Part shown: positions 1 to 7,416 of the stretch, piece after piece | Position numbering within the stretch: the stretch's first letter is position 1 | Layout: every line of letters starts with the position of its first letter | Virus record (IMG/VR): IMGVR_UViG_3300002059_000001 | Coordinates: 1-42,653 of that record | Direction: 5' to 3' (one strand) | DNA: 42,653 nucleotides | DNA from: a virus | The notes under the pieces: model-generated | The model's database searches: none | Told to the model about the DNA's origin: nothing | The model's input: only the letters and a program-made list of their open reading frames with translations | Position numbers and translations under genes: made by a program

Positions 1-49
1 TCAAGATCCGGACAGAAGAGGACGCCGAAGTCGAGGCTTGGAAGTTCCG
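1..49. repeat. 49-bp terminal direct repeat, copy 1 (circular-assembly overlap)
   Basis: Bases 1-49 (tcaagatccggacagaagagg...cttggaagttccg) are repeated exactly as bases 42605-42653. The repeat lies inside an open reading frame. Confidence 0.97.
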
Positions 50-191
50 GATCGACTATGTGAACCAGAACGGGGGAACATGGCCTCCCGGAAGCCCGTC
101 TCCTCGCCATATCCCAAGGGAGCTTAGAGATTTAGTCGAAGAACGTTATAGGGGTCCACTTTTTGGAAAAACCTCTCAGGGAGGCTTATAA
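1..191 (+). CDS. 3' end of the wrap-around winged-helix replication-initiator-like gene (continues from 41926..42653)
   Basis: Frame 3 is open from base 3 to TAA at 189-191 (..KFRIDYVNQNGGTWPPGSPSPRHIPRELRDLVEERYRGPLFGKTSQGGL*). Once the 49-bp overlap is collapsed it is in phase with the ORF that runs off the 3' end. Confidence 0.8.
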   Translation, partial: KIRTEEDAEVEAWKFRIDYVNQNGGTWPPGSPSPRHIPRELRDLVEERYRGPLFGKTSQGGL

Positions 192-430
192 TGGCTCTTT
201 TACGGACAGTTAGCGGCTCTGCGACGGTTTCACACTCAGTTCCCGTCGCCGGCGAGAAGATAAACGCGAAAAACAGTCGAGGAACCTATAGAACGCTTCC
301 CGGCGGAACATGGACTTATATCGCGCTATGTGGAGCGGACACGAAAAAGGGTTTTGAAGCGAAGGAGCTCGCTCAACAGACGAGAGCTTGTAAGAGGTGT
401 CTTTCGATTATCTCAAAGCTCTACGACTGA
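191..430 (+). CDS. hypothetical protein (79 aa)
   Basis: The ATG overlaps the upstream stop (TAATG). It lies in the same strand block. No motif was recognised. Confidence 0.55.
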   Translation: MALLRTVSGSATVSHSVPVAGEKINAKNSRGTYRTLPGGTWTYIALCGADTKKGFEAKELAQQTRACKRCLSIISKLYD

Positions 431-514
431 GAGGAACCCAAATACAGGGAAATTAGGAAAAACCAATAAAACACGCTAAGGCGGAATTATCGAGATCTCA
501 GGAAAGACCTTTTT

Positions 515-856
515 ATGCATAGAACACATAATTTAACACCGAAACAAATCGAACTTAAACGCGCTCTAATCTCCTCGGAGAGAGAGAACGGATATATTCC
601 GTCCTATGACGAACTCGCCGAAAAGCTCGGATATGCGTCTAAATCAGGTATTCACCGCCTTATGTCGGCTCTCGAGGAGCGAGGACATGTCTCCCGGCTC
701 CCGAATAAGTCTCGAGCGATAAAGATCCTCGATTATAACCTTCCGGGAGCGGCCGTCCCTGTTTCAGAACCTAAGCCTTACGCTTACGAGATCCCATTCC
801 TCGGCAAGGTCTCAGATCTTGGCAAGCGTTTGAAGAAGTCGAGATATGCAGCCTAA
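515..856 (+). CDS. LexA N-terminal DNA-binding-domain-only protein (no S24 peptidase domain)
   Basis: LTPKQIELKRAL...GYIPSYDELAEKLGYASKSGIHRLMSALEERGHVSRLPNKSRAIKIL closely follows the alphaproteobacterial LexA winged-helix signature (SKSGIHRLI.ALEERGFIRRLPNRARA). It continues to IPFLGKV and then stops. The SD-like tcaggaaagacc lies 5 nt upstream of the ATG. Confidence 0.8.
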   Translation: MHRTHNLTPKQIELKRALISSERENGYIPSYDELAEKLGYASKSGIHRLMSALEERGHVSRLPNKSRAIKILDYNLPGAAVPVSEPKPYAYEIPFLGKVSDLGKRLKKSRYAA

Positions 857-1244
857 CGGATGGACAAGAGACCAGATTGTTAAGGCCTCTAAAATGTGGA
901 GGCGCGGAGCGTCTGTAAACGATATCTCTAACGCTGTCGGTAAGACGATCCAGTCGATCTATGGATATGCTCGAGATAATCGAGAGATCTTCCCAAAACG
1001 GACGAGAGGCGCGCGGAAGAAGAATATCGACCGAACCCCTCTCCCTCCTGTCGAGCCTCTCCCTGTCGAGGATCTGCGAGGAACCTCCGGCCGCAAAGCG
1101 AGATCTCTTAGATCCTCGGCCGCCATAAACGACCGTCTAGCTCGGAACGCCGAGAAGATGAAACAACCCGAAGCGGCCGAGGGATATCGCCGCGCGTCCG
1201 CATTAAACCGGCAAGAGCTTAAAATTATCGAGGAATTAAAATGA
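846..1244 (+). CDS. HTH protein, GcrA-like N-terminus (tentative)
   Basis: GWTRDQIVKASKMWRRGASVNDISNAVGKTIQSIYGYAR resembles the GcrA pattern W-T-x-E-x6-W-x-G-x-S-x3-I. A basic Pro-rich tail follows. It overlaps the upstream gene by 11 nt. Confidence 0.45.
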   Translation: MQPNGWTRDQIVKASKMWRRGASVNDISNAVGKTIQSIYGYARDNREIFPKRTRGARKKNIDRTPLPPVEPLPVEDLRGTSGRKARSLRSSAAINDRLARNAEKMKQPEAAEGYRRASALNRQELKIIEELK

Positions 1245-1681
1245 AAAGAGAACCCGACTTTCTTATAGGTCCGTCGAACGATCCATATATTCGCCGTTTT
1301 TGGTTAATCCCCCGAAACCGAGTTTTTAATGTATATCTTCATAATATCCGCCGCGACGACGACGAGCGCGCTCTTCACGATCACCCTTGGGTTAATGTCT
1401 CGATAGTCCTAAAAGGACACTTGGAAGAGGTCCGTCCCAACGGAAAGCGGACTTTAAGGAAGTTCTTCCCATATTTCCGGCGCTCTACAGATTCGCATAG
1501 ACTTGTCGTTAATTCAAAAAGAGATACGGCCGACCTTCCTAAAAACGTTTGGACCTTGTTCCTCACAGGTCCGCGCATAAGAGAATGGGGCTTCCATTGT
1601 CCGAAGGGTTGGGTCCATTGGCTTAAATTCGTTAATCCCGAAAGTATTGGTGAAATTGGCTCGGGTTGTGGAGAGGACTAA
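1241..1681 (+). CDS. conserved hypothetical protein, possible cupin-like metal site (HDHPW...H)
   Basis: ATGA overlap with the upstream stop. 146-aa ORF with an LHDHPW motif and later His residues. Function not recognised. Confidence 0.6.
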   Translation: MKREPDFLIGPSNDPYIRRFWLIPRNRVFNVYLHNIRRDDDERALHDHPWVNVSIVLKGHLEEVRPNGKRTLRKFFPYFRRSTDSHRLVVNSKRDTADLPKNVWTLFLTGPRIREWGFHCPKGWVHWLKFVNPESIGEIGSGCGED

Positions 1682-1980
1682 TGGCTAAATCTGTAGGTTT
1701 CGAAGGCGCGAATAAGATCTTCCGCGCGCCTCCCGGCGACGATAACTGTAACGACCTCGAAACGTGGCAACATGAAGGAGGGATCGTTTCGTGTTGGCGT
1801 CTGGACGAAGAAGAGCTCGCCGAGATCAATAAGACCGGCGTCGTATGGTTACAAGTCGTAGGATCTGGAACTCCCCCGGTATTTATAAGCGGGAAGGCTC
1901 TCGTTCTAATCGACGGCCGTCCAGCTCGAGCGGAGCCGGCTATCCCGAAGGCTCGATACGGGAACGCGGCCGGTGACTGA
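1681..1980 (+). CDS. hypothetical protein (99 aa)
   Basis: The ATG at 1681 overlaps the upstream TAA (TAATG). The track ORF 1666..1980 is in the same frame. Confidence 0.6.
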   Translation: MAKSVGFEGANKIFRAPPGDDNCNDLETWQHEGGIVSCWRLDEEELAEINKTGVVWLQVVGSGTPPVFISGKALVLIDGRPARAEPAIPKARYGNAAGD

Positions 1981-2149
1981 TTTACTCTCTTGTCCCTTTT
2001 GTGGAATTAAACCCATCGGCGCGACGCATGGAGACTTTAAGCACCCGCTCGATTTCACAACCGAGCACGACGACGACATATGTCCGTTAAATGGCCTGAA
2101 TTTTGACCATTCGCAGCGCCTCTCGTGGAACAAGAGGATCAAAAAGTGA
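1973..2149 (+). CDS. small Lar-like zinc-binding protein (58 aa; absent from the ORF track)
   Basis: A GTG at 1973 overlaps the upstream stop. Translation is VTDLLSCPFCGIKPIGATHGDFKHPLDFTTEHDDDICPLNGLNFDHSQRLSWNKRIKK*. The N-terminal CPFCG and C-terminal WN.R are the hallmarks I associate with Lar-family restriction-alleviation proteins. Confidence 0.45.
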   Translation: MTDLLSCPFCGIKPIGATHGDFKHPLDFTTEHDDDICPLNGLNFDHSQRLSWNKRIKK

Positions 2150-2478
2150 CTGATTACAGAGAAGGAACACATAGAGAGAAGAAGTCTCGGAAGGTCCACT
2201 CTTGCGACGAGTGTAAACAGAAGATCTCGAAGGGAGAGGTCTATATCCGCCTCTCGATATTTCAGAACGGCCGATATACCTCTGTCGCTCGGCATAAGGA
2301 ATGCGTCGAGGTTGCGGCCGTCCTCCGGGATCGTCTTATGACGCCGGAGGGATATCCTCTTACAATGTCCGCCGGTCTTAAGGCGAAGCCGAGGCTATGG
2401 ATAAACATTAGAGCAAAGCTCGGGGCAAAGTACCCGACGACCTATAGCCGGCTTATATTATCGGGGCTCCCGTTTTGA
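2146..2478 (+). CDS. hypothetical protein with CxxC...HxxC motif
   Basis: The GTG at 2146 forms a GTGA overlap with the stop of the Lar-like ORF; the track start at 2125 is the in-frame alternative. Contains CDECKQKI...HKEC. Confidence 0.55.
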   Translation: MTDYREGTHREKKSRKVHSCDECKQKISKGEVYIRLSIFQNGRYTSVARHKECVEVAAVLRDRLMTPEGYPLTMSAGLKAKPRLWINIRAKLGAKYPTTYSRLILSGLPF

Positions 2479-2786
2479 CCTCTCAGACCGACCTTAAAGG
2501 ATTAAACTCGCTCTTCCTGTCGTTAGCGCGCAACCTTCCGCCGGAGTTCACGATCCGGAACCTCTCGATCCTATTAGCCGTATATATGGACAGGGAGGCT
2601 TATACGGTTAGATCTCTCGCCTTAAGATTAGATATCTCGAAGGGAGCTGTCTCCCGAGCTATCGACACGCTCGAGAAGATGGATCTTATAGTTAGGCTTC
2701 CAGATCCGAGAGACGGTCGATCTATCACTCTCGGCCGTACCCCTCGAGGAATAGAAGACCTCCGACATATCTCTTCGATTATATGA
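2475..2786 (+). CDS. MarR-like winged-helix transcriptional regulator
   Basis: The TTG start overlaps the upstream TGA. YTVRSLALRLDISKGAVSRAIDTLEKMDLIVRLPDPRDGRSITLGRTPRG is a typical MarR HTH-plus-wing pattern. Confidence 0.65.
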   Translation: MTSQTDLKGLNSLFLSLARNLPPEFTIRNLSILLAVYMDREAYTVRSLALRLDISKGAVSRAIDTLEKMDLIVRLPDPRDGRSITLGRTPRGIEDLRHISSII

Positions 2787-3166
2787 AGCGCCGTTATCAG
2801 AGGTATAACAACGATTGCGCGATAGCCGCGGTCTCTATGGCGTCCGACCTTCCATATCGCCAAGTCCTTAAGACGGCGAAGTCTCGGGGTTTCAAACCGA
2901 ATAAGAAGGGACAGGGTTTCTATATCCATATCCTCTTAGATCTCCTCGGCCTTAGCTATCAGGAGACGGCCGATATCGAGGACGAGTACGTCGAAGGTCC
3001 GGCTATATTCCTATTCCCTGCTAATGATGGATCCGAGGAGTGGCATTGTGCGGTCGTGTATAAGGGCAAGGTCTACGACCCCTCTATCTGTCGACCGGTC
3101 TCGCTTGGCTATGTTATTAAGACGGCCTCGTTCATGTATTCGGAGATCCGTTCGAATGAAGAATAA
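2783..3166 (+). CDS. papain-fold (C39-like) cysteine peptidase
   Basis: The N-terminal NNDCAIAAVSMA holds a candidate catalytic Cys. The downstream WHCAVVYKGKVYDP holds a candidate His/Asp. Size is about 127 aa. Confidence 0.5.
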   Translation: MKRRYQRYNNDCAIAAVSMASDLPYRQVLKTAKSRGFKPNKKGQGFYIHILLDLLGLSYQETADIEDEYVEGPAIFLFPANDGSEEWHCAVVYKGKVYDPSICRPVSLGYVIKTASFMYSEIRSNEE

Positions 3167-3461
3167 ACCCGCTTGGGCTAATTGGTACGGCCTCGCAAGG
3201 TGGAAGAAGCTCCGACGCCGACACCTGTCGAAGGATCCTCTCTGTCTGTATTGTAAGAAGGAAGGCCTCATTACGGCCGCGAACGTCGTCGACCATGTCA
3301 CCCCACACCGCGGCGACCCGGCTCTCTTCTGGTCGGAGGATAATCTACAGTCCCTATGCAAGAGACACCACGACAGCGATAAGCAGCGGTTCGAAAAGAC
3401 CGGCCGCATTAAGAAGGTTATAGGTCCGGACGGTTGGCCTATCGAAGAGACAGGAGCCTAA
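3156..3461 (+). CDS. HNH endonuclease (terminase-associated type)
   Basis: CLYCKKEG...VDHVTPHRGDPALFWSEDNLQSLCKRHHDSDK is an HNH motif. It sits just upstream of the non-coding region and terS, as in HK97-like cos phages. The ATG at 3156 is preferred over the 3024 track start, which would overlap the upstream gene by 143 nt. Confidence 0.85.
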   Translation: MKNKPAWANWYGLARWKKLRRRHLSKDPLCLYCKKEGLITAANVVDHVTPHRGDPALFWSEDNLQSLCKRHHDSDKQRFEKTGRIKKVIGPDGWPIEETGA

Positions 3462-3463
3462 TC

Positions 3464-3664
3464 ATGTCAGAGATCTATCACCCGCTCACATTATCGAACC
3501 CCCTCCGCCTCTGCTATATGGATATGCGAGGGAACATAGACCCGTCCTCGTCCTCTCCCTCGAGCGAGGATCCTCTGTCTATTCTGGATCCAGTGACGGA
3601 GACAGATACTCCGACCGAGTTCGAAGCCTCGGTCTCTCTCGACCTCGGCGTCGGTTCCTCCTAA
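3464..3664 (+). CDS. small acidic Ser/Pro-rich protein (66 aa)
   Basis: AGGAG lies 7 nt upstream of the ATG at 3464. Low-complexity acidic product. No homology recognised. Confidence 0.4.
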   Translation: MSEIYHPLTLSNPLRLCYMDMRGNIDPSSSSPSSEDPLSILDPVTETDTPTEFEASVSLDLGVGSS

Positions 3665-3921
3665 ACCCGCAACCCTTCCTACTCTCGGCCGTCCTCCGAC
3701 CTATCGACCGACCCTCCCGACCCTATGAGCGACCATAGAGGCCGAAGGACGCTCGCTCCCGCGCGCCGGACCGCGGAATAAAATTTTTTTTTGGCCTTTT
3801 AGAGACAATATGGGGAGGGGGGAGGTGTAAAGTTGTGGGCTTTTCGGGGTTCTAGCGGCGGCACTCACAAAAACTCACGTCCACAGTTGAAAAATCACCG
3901 ACCTAAATTCTAAGGGAAAGC
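3665..3921. other. non-coding region between HNH and terS; candidate cos/packaging-recognition site
   Basis: This 257-bp region is the largest non-coding gap in the genome. It holds a GC hairpin (ccgcg 3759-3763 / cgcgg 3772-3776), an A4T9 tract (3780-3792), a G-tract ggggaggggggagg (3812-3825) and cgacc-type short repeats (3700-3735). Confidence 0.45.
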
Positions 3922-4332
3922 ATGGGAAACGCTAGAACACCGAGAGCGAAGGCCGCCGTTACAGGAGCCGCGAAGAAGAATCCCGCTCGACAGAAGAAGA
4001 AGACAATCGTAAAAACTCCGCCGGTCGGAGCTCCGCCGGCTTGGCTCTCGGCCGACGCTAAGAAGGCGTGGAAGTTATTTCAGAAGGAGCTCCCTTGGCT
4101 TAAACAAAATCACCGCGCGTTCATGGAGGCGATATGTGTTCTCCGCGGAAAGCTAATGTCTAAGGAGGGATTATCCTCGACACAGACGACGACCTATCAG
4201 GCTATGCTCTCTAAACTCGGCGCGACACCGGCCGACGAGAGCAAGATATTAGCCGGAGATTGGAGCGGAGCTTCGGCTTCCTCCGGATCCAAAGGTCCAG
4301 CGAACGACAAAGACCCCTACTTCGATGACTAA
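3922..4332 (+). CDS. terS: terminase small subunit (P27 family-like)
   Basis: Basic N-terminus, then PPAWLSADAKKAWKLFQKEL...AICVLRG pattern. It lies immediately upstream of TerL and overlaps it. Confidence 0.75.
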   Translation: MGNARTPRAKAAVTGAAKKNPARQKKKTIVKTPPVGAPPAWLSADAKKAWKLFQKELPWLKQNHRAFMEAICVLRGKLMSKEGLSSTQTTTYQAMLSKLGATPADESKILAGDWSGASASSGSKGPANDKDPYFDD

Positions 4333-6190
4333 GAAGAGGACCGGTCCAGCTCTCGCGCGTCTGAATAAATACGCTCGCGCGGTTATTAAAGGGAAGATCG
4401 TCGCCGGGCCCCACGTCCGGAACGCATGTCGCCGACACTTGTCCGACGTGAAGATAGGATCTCAGCGCGGTTTATACTTTAACGAACCCGAGGCCGCGCG
4501 CGCTCTCGGCTTCTTTCCCGACCGTCTCAAATTATCCGAGGGACAGTTCGACGGCGTGCCGTTCAAACTCCACGACGCGCAAGCCTTCATTATCGGATCG
4601 ATCTACGGATGGTATAAAAAGAACACAGATACTCGCCGCTTCCGCCGAGCCTATATCGAGCAAGGGAAGGGGAACGGGAAATCTCCACTCGCCGGAGGGA
4701 TAGGTCTCTACGGTCTTATGGCAGACCGAGAACCGGGAGCGCAGATCTATTCCGCGGCTTCAAAGAAAGATCAGGCCGAGATCCTCTTCCGCGACGCCGT
4801 CAATATGGCGAAGAAAGCTCCGGAGATTGCGCGCCGGCTTACCGCTTCCGGCGGGCCCGGCCGTGAATATAACCTCGCCTATCTTCGGAACGGATCCTTC
4901 TTCCGTCCTATCTCTCGGGAAGCCGGGAAGTCTGGATCCGGGCCCCGACCGCATTACGCGCTCGTCGACGAGCTCCACGAATTGCAAGATCGTAAAATTA
5001 TCGAGATGCTCGAGCGCGGCTTTAAGTCGAGACGACAGCCTCTCTTGTTTATGATTACGAACTCCGGCTCCGACCGTAACTCGATATGTTGGGAGGAGCA
5101 CGAACACGCGGTTAAGGTCGCCGCGGGAAACCCGACCGCGACCGACGCCGACCCGCATTATCTCGGAGAGGTTCTGGACGACTCGACCTTCTCGTATGTT
5201 TGCGCTCTGGATCCCGACGACGATCCTCTTACGGATCCCTCGTGTTGGGCTAAAGCGAACCCGCTCCTAGGGACAATCCTTACAGAAGAATATCTCGCCG
5301 GCGTCGTCGCGCAAGCTCGAGCAATGCCGGGGAAGCTAAACGGGATCCTTCGTCTCCACTTCTGCCAATGGACCGACGCCGCCTCGGCATGGATAACCCG
5401 AGATCTTCTCGAACCTTGCCTCGGCGAGTTCGATCCTCTGGACTTGTATCGCGACGAGACAGTCTATCTCGGCCTCGACTTGTCTCAGAATAAAGACCTT
5501 ACGGCGAAAGCGTCTATCGTGAAGACGGGAACCGTTACCCGCGGGAAGCATAAAGGGAAACCGACTTACGACGCATGGGTCGAGATCTGGACGCCGGGAG
5601 ACACGGTCGCCGCTCGAGCTATCGAGGATAAAACAGATTACGAGCTATGGGTTCGACAGGGACATATCTCGGCTCCGTCCGGGAAGTCGATCTCCTATAC
5701 TCACGTCGCGCAAGCTATCGCCGAGGACGCTCACGCTTACGATATCGGACTTCTCGCGTTCGACGCTTACGCCTTCCGGAAGGGTCTCGTCCCCGAGATC
5801 GATAAAACCGGGATAGATATCGAGGCCGCATATATCGAACACCCGCAAGGCGGAACCAAAAAAGGACGGCCGAATCAAATCCTAATCGAGGCGGCCGAGG
5901 AGGAAGACCGGGAGCCCGAGGGTTTATGGATGCCCGGATCGGTTCGACAATTAGAGGACTTACTCTTAGAGAAGCGAATAAGGATCAAAACTAACCCGGC
6001 CGTTATCTCTGCTATGATGTCGGCCGCAATAGATACGGATCGATGGGAGAACTCTTGGCTCGCTAAGGGTCTCTCGACAAATAGAATCGACGCGGCGGTC
6101 GCGTTGTGTATGGCCGTCGGGGCCGCCTCTGCGATGGAAACCGTCGAGACAGTGGACACCGACGAATGGCTCGAGGGTTTTAAGGAATGA
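4325..6190 (+). CDS. terL: terminase large subunit (Terminase_1 / HK97-like)
   Basis: 621 aa with Walker A-like EQGKGNGKSPLAGG, a VDELHE Walker B region and a C-terminal nuclease region. Positioned before the portal gene. Confidence 0.93.
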   Translation: MTKKRTGPALARLNKYARAVIKGKIVAGPHVRNACRRHLSDVKIGSQRGLYFNEPEAARALGFFPDRLKLSEGQFDGVPFKLHDAQAFIIGSIYGWYKKNTDTRRFRRAYIEQGKGNGKSPLAGGIGLYGLMADREPGAQIYSAASKKDQAEILFRDAVNMAKKAPEIARRLTASGGPGREYNLAYLRNGSFFRPISREAGKSGSGPRPHYALVDELHELQDRKIIEMLERGFKSRRQPLLFMITNSGSDRNSICWEEHEHAVKVAAGNPTATDADPHYLGEVLDDSTFSYVCALDPDDDPLTDPSCWAKANPLLGTILTEEYLAGVVAQARAMPGKLNGILRLHFCQWTDAASAWITRDLLEPCLGEFDPLDLYRDETVYLGLDLSQNKDLTAKASIVKTGTVTRGKHKGKPTYDAWVEIWTPGDTVAARAIEDKTDYELWVRQGHISAPSGKSISYTHVAQAIAEDAHAYDIGLLAFDAYAFRKGLVPEIDKTGIDIEAAYIEHPQGGTKKGRPNQILIEAAEEEDREPEGLWMPGSVRQLEDLLLEKRIRIKTNPAVISAMMSAAIDTDRWENSWLAKGLSTNRIDAAVALCMAVGAASAMETVETVDTDEWLEGFKE

Positions 6191-7416
6191 AATTAGACCT
6201 TAAATCAGTGGGGGGTTATCTTAAATCGAAGCTCTCTTTAAGGGATCCCGAACATTGGGAAGAGAAGGGATCTCGGTCCCACACCGGGGAGGCCGTCACG
6301 CCGGCGAAGATAGAGGGTCTCGGGACAGTTTGGGCTTGTGTTAATTTGCTCGCCGGGACTGTCGGGTCTCTTCCGCTCGGCGTCTATCGTAAGAACGGCC
6401 GCCTCTTGCAAGCTGTCCCGGAACACCCTCTTTACAATATCCTCGGCTTCTCTCCGAACTTCGATCTCTCGGCCGACGAGTTTATCGAGTTCCTCGAGGC
6501 TTCCCTCGAGCTCCGCGGGAACTCATACGCGGAGATTAAGCGGAACACCGCGGGAAGAATTATCGCGCTGGATCCTATCATGCCGGACACAATGTCCACC
6601 CGGAGAACCTCTCGAGGACAAATCGAGTACCGATGGACGGACGAGAACGGGAAGCGTCGGGTCGAGGTAGACGAGAAGATATGGCATATCCGCGGACCTT
6701 TCGGAACCGCGCTCGGAGGAAAGTCCCCTCTTACAGTTTGCCGGAATGCCTTCGGCTCCGCGCTCGCTAGTGAGAAGGCCGCCGGCTCTGTCTTCGCGAA
6801 CGGCCTCGCTACTGTCGGCGGCGTCAAGATGGACAAGGCTCTAAACAAGAAACAAAGGAAAGAACTCCGCGAACACTTGCGCGAAGATTACTCCGGCGCG
6901 AAGAATGCCGGCACTCCTATGATTCTCGATAATGGTCTCGATTGGGTCTCGATCTCTCTCTCTCCGGAGGATTTACAGCTTCTCACTTCTCGGAAGTATA
7001 GCGTCGTCGAGATATGCCGGATCTTCGGCGTTCCCCCTCACCTCGTACAGCATACCGAAGGGAATACGACGCTCGGCTCTTCTATCAGCGAACAAACCCT
7101 CGGCTTCGAGAAGTTCTCTCTTCGCCGTCGATTAAAGAGGATCGAAGGCGCGGCCGAGAAGCAGCTCCTTACGCCGGAGGAATATGCGTCCGGTCTTCGG
7201 ATTAAATTTAATATCGACGGCTTGCTCCGCGCGGATCCGAAGGGCCGCGGCGAGTATTACGAAAAAGGTCTCAGGAACGGATATTTAACAATTAACGAGG
7301 TTCGCGAAAAAGAGAACCTTCCACCTGTAGAGGGCGGCGACATGCCTCGCGTCCAGATGCAAAACGTTCTCCTAGTCGACGCCGACGGGAACATAACCAA
7401 ACCGGGAGACGAGTAA
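6187..7416 (+). CDS. portal protein (HK97 family)
   Basis: 409 aa with an ATGA overlap with terL. Conserved ..CRIFGVPPHLV.. portal motif. Gene order is TerL-portal-protease-capsid. Confidence 0.92.
   Translation: MKLDLKSVGGYLKSKLSLRDPEHWEEKGSRSHTGEAVTPAKIEGLGTVWACVNLLAGTVGSLPLGVYRKNGRLLQAVPEHPLYNILGFSPNFDLSADEFIEFLEASLELRGNSYAEIKRNTAGRIIALDPIMPDTMSTRRTSRGQIEYRWTDENGKRRVEVDEKIWHIRGPFGTALGGKSPLTVCRNAFGSALASEKAAGSVFANGLATVGGVKMDKALNKKQRKELREHLREDYSGAKNAGTPMILDNGLDWVSISLSPEDLQLLTSRKYSVVEICRIFGVPPHLVQHTEGNTTLGSSISEQTLGFEKFSLRRRLKRIEGAAEKQLLTPEEYASGLRIKFNIDGLLRADPKGRGEYYEKGLRNGYLTINEVREKENLPPVEGGDMPRVQMQNVLLVDADGNITKPGDE

Noticed and set aside
1-49. The terminal repeat as a physical direct terminal repeat of the virion DNA.
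   Set aside because: The repeat sits inside a continuous ORF. The packaging genes (HNH plus P27 TerS plus HK97-type TerL) point to cos ends elsewhere. A length of 49 bp is typical of an assembler k-mer overlap.
497-509. The recurrent motif tcaggaaagacc upstream of several genes (497, 9571, 27567 on the minus strand, 40233, 41793) as a possible regulatory box.
   Set aside because: It always sits 0-8 nt before a start codon, except at 41793, and contains AGGAAAG. It is most simply this phage's preferred Shine-Dalgarno context rather than a separate operator.
3024-3155. Longer N-terminal extensions offered by the ORF track, such as HNH from 3024, capsid from 8109, chaperone from 12390, methyltransferase from 38000 and 38727..39035.
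   Set aside because: Each extension overlaps the preceding gene extensively and lacks an SD. Internal ATG or GTG starts with an SD or a stop/start overlap give compact, family-typical N-termini.
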